The notes below the pieces were generated by a model that made no database searches, had not been told where the DNA came from, and worked only from the letters and a program-made list of their open reading frames with translations. A stretch of 64,000 nucleotides of DNA from Bdellovibrionota bacterium (GTDB lineage Bacteria; Bdellovibrionota_C; UBA2361; OMII01), in the NCBI GenBank assembly GCA_044345405.1, contig JBIJBE010000008.1:36519-100518 (forward strand). The letters are read 5' to 3'. Each line of letters opens with the position of its first letter. The first letter of the stretch is position 1. Both the position numbers and the translations under genes were made by a program. Shown here piece by piece: positions 1-9,569 of this stretch.

Positions 1-1
1 C

Positions 2-1018
2 CGCGCAGTGACTTTGACCAGCTTTCCTCTGAATCCACGTATGCAGGGGAAAACCTATCACTGGAAGGCATCCGCTGAGACGCCCCTTTTGGTGTACGAC
101 CCTGAAGGAGCGGGTAAGATAACATCCGCGACGCAACTGTTCGGCAATTGGACCTTTGGCCACGCAGACAAGGTTCGACTCAAGAACGTAGGGATGGACC
201 GATCCGACAAGCTCTCCAAGCCACTGTGGAAGAATGGCTATGAGGCGCTCGCGCTGCTGGACGACGATAATAACGGAGAGATTACCGGCACAGAGCGGCA
301 GGGCCTTGCTCTTTGGTTTGATAGCAATCAAAACGGAATAAGTGAGGATGGCGAAGTTCGCAATCTGATTGCTAGTGGAGTTGAGCGAATATCAGTAAAA
401 CAGAGTGGGAAGGATGCCGAGGGAGATATCTACTCAACCGCTGGTTTCAGCCGTCGGTTACCGAATGGCGAACTTCTCACCAACCGCACGGTTGACTGGT
501 TTAGCTCCTCGTTCGACTCGAAGCACGATGCGATTAACTCGCTCAGTCCTGCACCGGAGAAAAATAATGCGCTCCTTCAACCCCAACAATCGGAGATAGT
601 CGGGGCAAGTGCATCTGTCGCTAGCTCACGATTCAACGGAACGTGGCGTTATACCCTCGAGGAGAAGGGGGCGGAGGGTTCATCCAAGGCTAGTACGCTT
701 GGCTACAACTCCGGGCTCCTGCGATTGCAAGTGGAGGAATCAGGTGAGGTAAGCGGATTCACCCTGTCTGAGTCTCCGGTAAGCTCTACAAAAGAGCCGG
801 CATCTAGTATCGCATTCTTTCAGCCGCTTAAAGGACGTCTCGTTGACGCCACCACCGTGGAGTTCTCGCTTCCAAGGATCGATGGGGCAGGGAACTTGGT
901 AAGCCGGGTCAGCCTGCGCGATAACGGCGAGATTGTGGGCAAGACCTCCGTCCAGGCCTCTCGCGCTACTGGAGAGGCTAAAACCGTCTCGTACACGTGG
1001 CAGGGCGCACATTTCTAG
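2..1018 (+). CDS. 5'-truncated hypothetical secreted protein with Ca-binding DxDxNG-like repeats (domain typical of RTX/hemolysin-type calcium-binding proteins)
   Basis: Frame is open to the window edge. NGYEALALLDDDNNGEI...LWFDSNQNGISEDGEV resembles the NGFEALAELDSNxDG..VWxDxNxDGxSDxGEL block. Confidence 0.55.
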   Translation, partial: RAVTLTSFPLNPRMQGKTYHWKASAETPLLVYDPEGAGKITSATQLFGNWTFGHADKVRLKNVGMDRSDKLSKPLWKNGYEALALLDDDNNGEITGTERQGLALWFDSNQNGISEDGEVRNLIASGVERISVKQSGKDAEGDIYSTAGFSRRLPNGELLTNRTVDWFSSSFDSKHDAINSLSPAPEKNNALLQPQQSEIVGASASVASSRFNGTWRYTLEEKGAEGSSKASTLGYNSGLLRLQVEESGEVSGFTLSESPVSSTKEPASSIAFFQPLKGRLVDATTVEFSLPRIDGAGNLVSRVSLRDNGEIVGKTSVQASRATGEAKTVSYTWQGAHF

Positions 1019-1808
1019 GGGCCATCGAAGTTATCGATTGGGGAAGACGGGGGAGAGTTGCTTGGGACCAAGGAGCAGCCACTTGTGAGTAAAGCGCCAC
1101 TCGCACGTAGGCCCCACACTGCTTCTGAGACTCTAGCGACTTCTCACTTTTGTATGAGGTCTATAGTTCCAGTTCTCAGGTTGAAGTTTGAGGCGTTCCG
1201 GCCTGCGCTCTCGCGAGCTATGGCCGGCAAGCCGCTTGCCTGTCCACCGTAGCTCGTAAGAGCGAAGGGTGAAGTCCTCTGGCTTTCGTTTCTCAAGTCC
1301 CCGTTAGTAGACGTCTCTTCCCTGAAATTCACCGATGGCCCCGAGGCTTGTCGTCTCTCATTTGAGCAAGTACTCGGCGCTATTATTTTACGGTCCTCAA
1401 TGTCGACCGTAAAACAGCAAGCAACGCTATACCTATTAAGTCGGCTCTATTGGTTATACTGGTGGAACTAGTGGGTATTTAGCCGCGTCAAAAAATGAGC
1501 TCTAAGCTTAGTAGGGCTCGTGCATCTCCGACACAAGTAGTTTCCTCGTTTGTCGGTAGCTGGACTTATAGTCATCTCGCTGATTTTGACGTTTTGTCCA
1601 GGGTCGAAAATACGTTCGCTTTGACCTCGACTCGGACCCGCAGAGATAGCAACGGCGCGCTCCCGCATTTATCCCAGCGGTCGAATTCGGTGCCGCAGAT
1701 GGTATGCTAGAGATAATACTCTTCACGTTACGCATCATCACGTGGGTGCGTAGTCGCCACATTATTCTTTGCCACATCTCCTATTCATAGCTACCCTCTG
1801 TTTAGCAT

Positions 1809-3068
1809 ATGGACGCCACCTTCACCCGCCCCAAACTCCGCTGGCCCCTCGACATCCGGATTCATAATCTTGGTGGACAGGACGCGCTCGTTATTCAGTG
1901 TCCGATCGGGATCTCCGCCGCGCCGCTCGCGCTCATGCCTCAGTTCGCTCCCGTTATCGTGCAGCTCGATGGTGTTCAGACGAGTGATGAGCTCGTCAGC
2001 AAGTTCTCGGCGCAGGGGCTTACGCCAGAGATTCTCCGAGAGCTTATTACGCGACTCGATGATCACCTCTTCATGGCGAACGCTCGGTACTTCGCAGCAG
2101 AGAAGCTCGCGAAGGACGCGTTTACCACCGCTCCTGTTCGCGCTCCAGCGCTTGCGGGTGGCGCGTATCCCGCAAGTAAAGAGGATCTTGCCGGAATGGT
2201 GCAAGGATACCTTCAAGAGTTTGACCCCACGGAAACAAGTCGGGAGGTTGGGTGTCTCATCGCTCCACATATCGATTATCGTCGGGGTGGCGCGTGTTAC
2301 GGCGCAATCTATCCGCGACTCAAAGAATCGCGCGCAGATACCTACATTTTAATCGGCACTGCCCACCAGTACAGCAAGCGGATCTTTCACCTCTGCGCGA
2401 AGGATTTTCAATCCCCACTTGGAATACATCCATGTGATCAAATGTTCGTAACCGAGCTGGCGAATCGCTTCGGCGTTGAGCGAGCGTTCGCCGATCAGTA
2501 CCTTCACCGTCGGGAGCACTCACTGGAATTGCAGCTACCCTTTCTCTCCGCGGTACATCCTGACGCCACGGTTGTTCCGATCCTTGTTGGAAGTTACCAC
2601 CAGATGCTTGAGGCGATGCGGTATCCTCAGGAGTGGGAGGAGTACGAGACCTTCGCGGGCGCGCTCACAGAGATTATGAAGGAGCGAACCAAGCGGGGTG
2701 AGAAGGTCGCGTTCCTTGCCGGTGTCGATATGGCGCACATCGGGCGCTCCTTCGGTGATGAAGGCACGCTTTCGCCAGAGCGTATGCGAGAGATAGGATA
2801 CCGCGATCAACAGTATCTTCGCGCGATCGAGGAGTGTAATCATAAGGCGCTGTTTGACCACATCGCCGAAGACCAAGACGCTCGTCGCGTGTGCGGCTTT
2901 CCAACGATGTACCTCGTGCTCGATGTGTTGAATCGCTTGGGCACGACAACGGAAGTTGATGTTGTCGCCTACGATCAGGCGGTGGACTACCCCAGTGATT
3001 GCGCGGTTACCTTCGCCGGAGTAGCCATGTATCGGAAAAACACCCCTGAAAATGCGATTATTACGTAG
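1809..3068 (+). CDS. amrB: AmmeMemoRadiSam system protein B (MEMO1 family) with ~100-aa N-terminal extension
   Basis: Motifs RAPALAGGAYP, IAPHIDY, LIGTAH, EHSLELQLPFL, VDMAHIG, VCGFPTMY. Confidence 0.9.
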   Translation: MDATFTRPKLRWPLDIRIHNLGGQDALVIQCPIGISAAPLALMPQFAPVIVQLDGVQTSDELVSKFSAQGLTPEILRELITRLDDHLFMANARYFAAEKLAKDAFTTAPVRAPALAGGAYPASKEDLAGMVQGYLQEFDPTETSREVGCLIAPHIDYRRGGACYGAIYPRLKESRADTYILIGTAHQYSKRIFHLCAKDFQSPLGIHPCDQMFVTELANRFGVERAFADQYLHRREHSLELQLPFLSAVHPDATVVPILVGSYHQMLEAMRYPQEWEEYETFAGALTEIMKERTKRGEKVAFLAGVDMAHIGRSFGDEGTLSPERMREIGYRDQQYLRAIEECNHKALFDHIAEDQDARRVCGFPTMYLVLDVLNRLGTTTEVDVVAYDQAVDYPSDCAVTFAGVAMYRKNTPENAIIT

Positions 3069-3236
3069 TGGTATAGGGGGTTTACGCATCCCGCGATGAC
3101 GAAAAAAGGCGTGCGTAACGCCCTGATGTGATTTGGGTTTTTAACTTATTTGCCGCTGTTTCTGAATTGCCTGAAGCATCGTTTCCCCCGTAGCTGATAT
3201 GGGGGTACACGTTGTGCTTCTTTGTGAGGTAGTAAG

Positions 3237-3560
3237 ATGGAAAATCAAGACAAAGCTCCAAATCTGTTTGAGAAGTTCGGTTGCGAAGTAAAGTTCGGCG
3301 ATGTTGAGGTTGGAAACACCTATCCGCTGTACGGAATGATCACAAAGATCCTTGATGATTCTCCAGGAAACGTGGTGGTTGAGATTAACTTCTCAATCAA
3401 GGCAAATATGTCCATCCCAGAGACTGAGAAGATTGAGCTCTTGAAGGAGCGCGCCTTTGAGCCAGGCATCTTCGTTTCGACCGTAACGAGCAAGGACCCT
3501 AAGATTGAGGTGGATTGCAGCACCGTAGTGTTCGGTAAGCGACAAGGATTTAGCGCTTAA
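3237..3560 (+). CDS. hypothetical 107-aa beta-rich protein
   Basis: GAGG RBS, coding-like composition, followed by an intrinsic terminator. Confidence 0.75.
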   Translation: MENQDKAPNLFEKFGCEVKFGDVEVGNTYPLYGMITKILDDSPGNVVVEINFSIKANMSIPETEKIELLKERAFEPGIFVSTVTSKDPKIEVDCSTVVFGKRQGFSA

Positions 3561-3586
3561 GGGATCAACTCACGAGCACAACTAAC

Positions 3587-3622
3587 AAGGCCCCAGCTAC
3601 TCGGCGTAGCGGGGCCTTTTTT
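3587..3622 (+). terminator. rho-independent terminator
   Basis: AAGGCCCCAGCTAC-TCGGC-GTAGCGGGGCCTTTTTT. Confidence 0.85.
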
Positions 3623-3723
3623 CATGCCCTTGGATGCCGCTCTGAGATTGACCCTAAGCCGCCCGGACGGCTATCCTTCTCCCGTTTGTCGGAAGGTCCC
3701 TCACGGGGACGAAAGGGCTCGGT

Positions 3724-4419
3724 ATGTCGGAACAACAACAGTCTCCAGGGGTAGTAGCGGAGTTTTTCGCGTTCTTAAAGACGCTTGTTGTTATTCTCGG
3801 GCTCGCCCTCCTCATCCGTGTATACATCGTTGAGCCATTTAAGATCCCGTCGGGCTCGATGAAGCAGACCTTACAGATCGGGGACTACATCCTCGTTGTG
3901 AAGAGTTGGTATACCCTTCGTCGACCAACGTTCCACATGCCAGATATCCGAATGGAATCTGTTTTCGGCATACCGATGCCGATTGTGCACGATGTAGGAA
4001 TATCTCTTAAGCCGTTCATCACCTGGCAACATCCCAAGCGCGGAGATGTCGTCGTATTTACGCGGCCCGATGATCCCGCGACACCGAACGAAGATGATTC
4101 GGCCATACATATCATTAAACGTGTAGTCGGACTTCCCGGTGAAACCTTGGAGGTGCGTGGCGCGCAGGTCTTCATTAACGGACAGCCACTCACCGAGCCG
4201 TACGCCCGATGGGTGCATGGTGGAGGCCCTGAGGGAAGTTTCGGTCCTCAGACGGTACCACCTGGGCACGTACTTCTTTTGGGAGACAATCGCGATGAGT
4301 CCAAGGACTCTCGATTCTGGACCGTTCCTTTCCTCGATGAGACTCGCATCAAGGGCAAGGCTGTTATTGTGTTCTGGTCGTGGGATAGTCTCACGCGGAT
4401 AGGCAACCTTATTCGATAA
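3724..4419 (+). CDS. lepB: signal peptidase I
   Basis: TM segment, PSGSM (catalytic Ser), GDVVVF, IIKR (catalytic Lys), GDNRDESKDSR. Confidence 0.95.
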   Translation: MSEQQQSPGVVAEFFAFLKTLVVILGLALLIRVYIVEPFKIPSGSMKQTLQIGDYILVVKSWYTLRRPTFHMPDIRMESVFGIPMPIVHDVGISLKPFITWQHPKRGDVVVFTRPDDPATPNEDDSAIHIIKRVVGLPGETLEVRGAQVFINGQPLTEPYARWVHGGGPEGSFGPQTVPPGHVLLLGDNRDESKDSRFWTVPFLDETRIKGKAVIVFWSWDSLTRIGNLIR

Positions 4420-4421
4420 GT

Positions 4422-5297
4422 GTGATGTGGTACCTGCAACCTTCATCGGTAGTTTTTAAGGTCACGGGAAAAGACGCCCGTCGATACCTCAACAATAGGC
4501 TCTCTCAAGATCTTCGTACCGTATCCGCCGGCGCGTCTCTTGTCGCGGGGGCATTGAGCCCTCAGGGGCGTGTCGAGGGGCTCTACACGGTCTATGTTCA
4601 AGGTGATGACCTCTTTTACCTTGTGAGTGATGGTGGAGAACGGCAGCCGTTGTTTGCGGCGCTTGGTCGGTACATCGTTGCGGACCGTGTTTCTATTGTT
4701 GATTGTTCCTCAGACGCGATTGTCGGTCACGTGAGCGGATCAGTTTTGCCAGACTTTCAAGATGACGTCACATGCCTTACGCATCATCAACGACGGATCG
4801 GTGAAGAGGGCGAGGATTTCGTGACTCTCAGTGGCAACCTCTCTGATATTCGTGCGACGTTGATGGCGCGTCTTGGATCTCCTATTTCGAAGGCCGACTA
4901 CGATTTAAAGCGGTTCGCCGCGGGATTCCCGGAATATCCAACTGAGATCAACGATTCGCTCATTCTAACCGAAGGTGGTCTGCGAGAAGCCGTATCGTTT
5001 CAAAAGGGATGCTACGTGGGGCAGGAGGTCATCGAGCGAAGCGATGCCCTGGGTAAATTGCCGCGGCATCTTGAGCGAGTTGTATTTGAAGGTCACGAAG
5101 CGCTGCCCGCTCAAGCAAGCGTGCTGGGTAAAGAGTCAAAGCCGATCGGTAAGATCGTCTCGACGATCGTTGATACCGTGAATAATAAACTCTGCGCGTT
5201 CGTGCTCCTTAAAAACGGCGCATACGCGGCACATGAACAGGTTCAATGTGAGGGTAGGGTAGGGACGATTCTTTCATCGGAGGATATAAAGATATGA
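4422..5297 (+). CDS. ygfZ: YgfZ/GcvT-like folate-binding Fe-S repair protein
   Basis: Signature KGCYVGQE; VTGKDARRYL N-terminus. Confidence 0.9.
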   Translation: MMWYLQPSSVVFKVTGKDARRYLNNRLSQDLRTVSAGASLVAGALSPQGRVEGLYTVYVQGDDLFYLVSDGGERQPLFAALGRYIVADRVSIVDCSSDAIVGHVSGSVLPDFQDDVTCLTHHQRRIGEEGEDFVTLSGNLSDIRATLMARLGSPISKADYDLKRFAAGFPEYPTEINDSLILTEGGLREAVSFQKGCYVGQEVIERSDALGKLPRHLERVVFEGHEALPAQASVLGKESKPIGKIVSTIVDTVNNKLCAFVLLKNGAYAAHEQVQCEGRVGTILSSEDIKI

Positions 5298-5986
5298 CAA
5301 CCACACAGCTAGATCGCGCAGCCGTCGTAGATTTCTTGATCCAGAGCAAGGTGCTCAAGTTCGGTGAATTCACCCTCAAATCTGGTCGAAAGGCGCCCTA
5401 CTTCATTAACGCTGGTGGTTTTGACGACGGCGAGAAGATTACGAAGCTCTCGTCATTCTACGCGCAGAAGATCGTTGAGCTCGGGCTCGATAATGTGGAT
5501 GTAATCTTTGGCCCAGCCTATAAGGGGATTCCCCTCTGCGTTTCAACGGCGATGAGCTTGCAGCAGAACTTTAAGAAAAACATCGGTTTTTGCTTCAACC
5601 GCAAAGAGGCGAAGACGCACGGCGATGGTGGAGAGTATGTTGGAAAGGCTCTCACCAAGGGGGCGCGAGTGGTTCTCGTTGAGGATGTTGTCACCGCGGG
5701 CTCTACCTTAAATGAGGTTGTTCCTGTTCTGCGAGAGAAGGTTGGTGTTGAGGTTGCAGGTGTCATTATCCTCGTTGACCGAGCGGAGAAGGGCTCGGGA
5801 ACGTGCTCCGCTGTAGAGGAGGCCGAGGCGAAGCACTCGATCAAGATTCACCCTCTCGTCTCAATTCATGATATCATCTCGTATCTCTCTGGCGCGAACT
5901 CATCCGGTTTCCGAATCGATGATGAGCTCAAGGCGCGGATTGAAACCTATCGAGCGGAGTTTGGTGCACCATGCGCAGCAGCGTAA
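5294..5986 (+). CDS. pyrE: orotate phosphoribosyltransferase
   Basis: FGEFTLKSGR, GPAYKGIP, NRKEAKTHGDGG, LVEDVVTAG. Confidence 0.97.
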   Translation: MTTTQLDRAAVVDFLIQSKVLKFGEFTLKSGRKAPYFINAGGFDDGEKITKLSSFYAQKIVELGLDNVDVIFGPAYKGIPLCVSTAMSLQQNFKKNIGFCFNRKEAKTHGDGGEYVGKALTKGARVVLVEDVVTAGSTLNEVVPVLREKVGVEVAGVIILVDRAEKGSGTCSAVEEAEAKHSIKIHPLVSIHDIISYLSGANSSGFRIDDELKARIETYRAEFGAPCAAA

Positions 5987-6456
5987 CTAAGATACTCATC
6001 GCGTTTTGTCTCGGCCTCTCGGTGAGCGCCGCGTGCGCGGCTAGTCCTGATAGTCTGAAGGGGGAAGCGCTCGATCGGGAAGCTACTAACCTCTATCAGC
6101 AGGTGTTTAGTCCGTTTTGTCCCGGCCGCTCACTGAACGACTGTCCAAGTTCAAAAGCAGCTGAATTGAAGGATCAGATGCGCGCGGAGCTTGAGGCGGG
6201 TAAGGCTCCTGAGGTTATTCTCAATGAGGTCATTCAGAAGTTTGGTGAAGAGTACCGCGCCGTGCCGCGATTTACCGGCGTCGGAATGTTCGTGTGGCTC
6301 GTGCCGATGGGGTTCGTAGCCCTTGGGCTCCTGCTCGCCGTGGGTATCTCAATCCGACGAAAGCGAGGCGGGGTGTCTGAGTCTACTTCAAACGCCCCCA
6401 CGCTCTCCGCGGACGATGAGCGGCGCATCCAGGACGAACTCTCTCGTCTTGAGTAG
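5971..6456 (+). CDS. ccmH: cytochrome c biogenesis protein CcmH/CcmL-like (non-canonical Cys spacing)
   Basis: Signal peptide; FSPFCPGRSLNDCPS..AAELKDQMR..GK..EVI..KFGEE; WLVP followed by a TM helix. Confidence 0.8.
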   Translation: MRSSVTKILIAFCLGLSVSAACAASPDSLKGEALDREATNLYQQVFSPFCPGRSLNDCPSSKAAELKDQMRAELEAGKAPEVILNEVIQKFGEEYRAVPRFTGVGMFVWLVPMGFVALGLLLAVGISIRRKRGGVSESTSNAPTLSADDERRIQDELSRLE

Positions 6457-6640
6457 CTAAACGCCTAGCGCTTGAAATCATTGCGCGTCCGTAGGTGTTG
6501 GAATCAGTCTGGAGAAGGGTGGTTCTGTAGGGAGACGGGATCGGCCTCGGGATTTGCTTAGACTCGGTTCATGCCTCACGATAAGAAGAGGACGTTCGCC
6601 CGAGCTTGGTAAAGGGCGGCTTTCCACGGAAGGATGTTTC

Positions 6641-7336
6641 ATGAAGCTGAGTGGTCACCAATCTCAGGCGTTTTTTGACCTCGCGCATGGCGTGCGGCGA
6701 GAGGCGCGGCGACAAGAGTTGCAAGCGCTTCTCGTGCGGCCTTTCCGGAAGATGGTTCGCGTTGGGATTCGTCTCGTCGTTGTCGCCGCTGTATTGGTCG
6801 GTTTCTCAAAAGCCTCGCTCGTGGAGGCTTTTTTTGTGCCGTCATCTTCGATGAATCCCACCCTGCGGGTGAGTGACTACATCTTAGTTCCAAAATTCCT
6901 ATACGGACTTCGAATTCCCCTGGTTGATGACGTCGTCGTCTCGTGGGCAAAGCCAGCCCGTGGGGACGTGGTCGTATTTCATCAGCCCCGTGTTATCGGA
7001 TCGGATGGGGCGACTGAAAACGAGGCGTTCGTGAAGAGGGTTATCGCCTTGGAGGGTGACGAGGTCGAGATCCGAGGGGCGCAAGTGTTCTTAAACGGCG
7101 CTCTTCTTGATGAGCCCTACGCACGGTGGGTCGATTCCACTAGCCAGCCTGACTACCACTTCGGTCCGGTGAAGGTGCCCCCTGGAAGCCTCTTTGTCTT
7201 GGGAGATAACCGCACAAATTCCCAGGATTCTCGCGATTGGCCCGAGCATTTCGTGGCTATCTCCCACGTTGTCGGCAAGGCCGTCATGGTGTACTGGTCC
7301 TCCGCCGAGGATAGTCGAGTCAGAACAGTTCTTTAG
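6641..7336 (+). CDS. lepB: signal peptidase I (second paralog)
   Basis: PSSSM, GDVVVF, FVKR, GDNRTNSQDSR; ATG at 6641 follows GGAAGGA. Confidence 0.92.
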   Translation: MKLSGHQSQAFFDLAHGVRREARRQELQALLVRPFRKMVRVGIRLVVVAAVLVGFSKASLVEAFFVPSSSMNPTLRVSDYILVPKFLYGLRIPLVDDVVVSWAKPARGDVVVFHQPRVIGSDGATENEAFVKRVIALEGDEVEIRGAQVFLNGALLDEPYARWVDSTSQPDYHFGPVKVPPGSLFVLGDNRTNSQDSRDWPEHFVAISHVVGKAVMVYWSSAEDSRVRTVL

Positions 7337-7401
7337 GTGAACTTTCTTTTACTCGCCGAAAGTTGACACGAGCCCCCTCTCTGCCTAAGATCGGATCTTC
7401 T

Positions 7402-8283
7402 ATGCCACGTCTATTGCAAGCAAAAAACGAGAAGGTCTCGGCCTACGTCTGTCTGACGAAGCCGCGTATCTTGACCATGGTTCTCGTGATGAGCGCTGCC
7501 GGTTTCTTCCTCGGCGCCAAGAGCTTACAGCCGCTTGATACCTTTATTATTATGCTTCTTGGGACAGCGCTTAGTTCGGGCGGTGCCGCTGTTCTCAATC
7601 ACTACATCGAGCGTGACGCGGATCTCATGATGCACCGCACCAAGACCCGACCAATTCCGCAAGGAATCATTACGCCGGGAGAGGCCCTCGAGTTTGGCAT
7701 CACCCTGGTTTTGATGGGCGTGGGACTTCTTGCGTGGCAGGTTAATCTCCTTACCGGATTCCTCTCTCTCCTTACCGTGTTCCTCTACGTTTTGGTGTAC
7801 ACACCTCTCAAGCGTGTTACCTGGTGGAATACCGTTGTGGGCGCTATCCCGGGCGCGCTTCCACCGATGGGTGGATGGACGGCGGCGACAGGGCAGCTCG
7901 ATGCCGGCGCTTGGATCCTCTTCCTTATCCTCTTTGTGTGGCAGCACCCGCACTTCTACGCGATCGCGTGGATGTACAAGGATGATTACCGACGTGGTGG
8001 CTTTAAGATGTTGCCCGTTGTTGAGCCGGATGGACTGAGCACCTTCCGACAGGTAATCGCCTTCTCGGTGGTGCTTATTCCTGTTTCCCTTCTTCCGGTT
8101 TTCTACGGCATGGCGGGACAGTTCTACGGTTGGGGAATCTTTATCCTCGGAATGGGGATGCTCTCTATCGGCGTGAACCTCTATCGTTCGCACTCCGTTC
8201 AGGACGCTAAAAAGCTCCTGCGGGCGTCAGTTATTTATCTGCCGCTCTTCTTCGCGTTGATCCTTGGGGACCGGTCGTTTTAA
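7402..8283 (+). CDS. ctaB: protoheme IX farnesyltransferase (heme o synthase)
   Basis: LTKPR, NHYIERDADLMMHRTKTRP, YTPLKR, WQHPHF..IAW..DDY. Confidence 0.95.
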   Translation: MPRLLQAKNEKVSAYVCLTKPRILTMVLVMSAAGFFLGAKSLQPLDTFIIMLLGTALSSGGAAVLNHYIERDADLMMHRTKTRPIPQGIITPGEALEFGITLVLMGVGLLAWQVNLLTGFLSLLTVFLYVLVYTPLKRVTWWNTVVGAIPGALPPMGGWTAATGQLDAGAWILFLILFVWQHPHFYAIAWMYKDDYRRGGFKMLPVVEPDGLSTFRQVIAFSVVLIPVSLLPVFYGMAGQFYGWGIFILGMGMLSIGVNLYRSHSVQDAKKLLRASVIYLPLFFALILGDRSF

Positions 8284-8301
8284 TTTTCAAACGAGCATCC
8301 T

Positions 8302-8395
8302 GGGAGGGCGACCATTCCTGGTCGCCGTTTATCGCGCCTAAACACAAATCAAATGGGAGGCAAGCATTTCGGCGACCAGGAATGGTCGCCCTCCC
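8302..8395. repeat. REP inverted doublet (REPIN-like), copy 1
   Basis: 26-bp perfect inverted repeat GGGAGGGCGACCATTCCTGGTCGCCG (8302-8327 / 8370-8395), 42-bp spacer; each arm is internally palindromic. Confidence 0.85.
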
Positions 8396-8420
8396 GTGTG
8401 CCGGGCTGTTAATGCCAATC

Positions 8421-9416
8421 CTAAAACTCCCGCTTCAATGGCCGCGTCATCAACGCGTGCGCCATCTCCGTGGCGCGAATGTCGCCGTTCATGAGTCGAA
8501 CGACGTGCTCGGTAATCGGCGCATCGATCCCGTGCTTCCGCGCCAAGTCGAGAACGAGAGGGGCGCTTGAAACGCCCTCCGCGGTTGCGCCGAGTGAGGC
8601 GATGACATCTGAGAGCTTCTCTCCCTTGCCAAGCCGTAATCCCACGGAACGGTTTCGGCTCTGATCCTCGGTCGCTGTCATGATGAGATCCCCAAGACCA
8701 GAGAGCCCCGCGAGCGTTCTCTCTTGAGCGCCGAGCGCGACCGCAAGCGTGGTCATCTCATAGAGCCCCCGAGAGATAACAGCGGCGCGCGCTGATGGTC
8801 CATATCCGAGTGAATCTGATACGCCGGCAACGATAGCGATGATGTTCTTTAAGATGCCACCGAGCTCAACGCCGAGAGGATCGGTTGATGTGTACACCCG
8901 AAGAGATGGCGAGGAGAGTGTGTTCGCGACGAGAGTCGAAAGGTCGCTGGATGTTGATCCGACGACGACCGAGATGGGCCGCTCAGCGACAAGGTCTGAG
9001 GCGAAGCTTGGGCCGGAAATAACCGCCAAAGAATCTCTCTGATAGCCACACCGCTCGTGAGCGAAGGAGAGGGGGGTGAGCCCGGTATCTTTCTCTAATC
9101 CCTTCGTCGCGCTGACCAACGCCTTTGCGGTAAGCTTCGGAAGCACCTCGCCCCACGCCCGTGCGGGCAATGCGATGATCGTGAACTCAGCGTCGCTCAG
9201 GTCGGCAAGGTTTGATGTTACTTTAAAATTATCGGGGATGTGAACCGATTGCCCAGCAACGCGGAGCTGCCGTGATGTCGTGCACTCTTGGGTGACCGCG
9301 GTGTCTCGGCTCCAACCAACGACTGCGTGTCCAAGTCGAGCGCAATGAAGCGCGAGCGCTGAGCCCCAGGCTCCGAGTCCAACAACTGCTATTTTCGTCG
9401 TAGTTTGGGTGTTCAT
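8421..9416 (-). CDS. gpsA: NAD(P)H-dependent glycerol-3-phosphate dehydrogenase
   Basis: GLGAWGSALA, SGPSFA, LGGILKNIIAI, GLSGLGDL..T..SRN; start placed at the ATG with GAGGA RBS. Confidence 0.96.
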   Translation of the reverse strand: MNTQTTTKIAVVGLGAWGSALALHCARLGHAVVGWSRDTAVTQECTTSRQLRVAGQSVHIPDNFKVTSNLADLSDAEFTIIALPARAWGEVLPKLTAKALVSATKGLEKDTGLTPLSFAHERCGYQRDSLAVISGPSFASDLVAERPISVVVGSTSSDLSTLVANTLSSPSLRVYTSTDPLGVELGGILKNIIAIVAGVSDSLGYGPSARAAVISRGLYEMTTLAVALGAQERTLAGLSGLGDLIMTATEDQSRNRSVGLRLGKGEKLSDVIASLGATAEGVSSAPLVLDLARKHGIDAPITEHVVRLMNGDIRATEMAHALMTRPLKREF

Positions 9417-9510
9417 AGGAGTCCTCATGAGCGTATACGACATTGTCGGCCCATAAAAGCTTCGTCACTACAGTGGGGAGCTTTTTACGCTGTTTTGTCC
9501 CGAGACAAAT

Positions 9511-9560
9511 AAAAAAGCCCCTCCGCCATGTTCCCTTGAGAGGGGGCGGAGGGGCTTTCT
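9511..9560 (-). terminator. rho-independent terminator downstream of gyrA
   Basis: AAAGCCCCTCCGCC ... GGCGGAGGGGCTTT stem with a T-run on the minus strand. Confidence 0.8.
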
Positions 9561-9569
9561 TTGAAGGCG

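Noticed and set aside
8302-8395. Repeat-spacer-repeat suggestive of a mini CRISPR array (also 21614-21707)
   Set aside because: The repeats are inverted, only two per locus, and no cas genes are present; REP doublets fit better.
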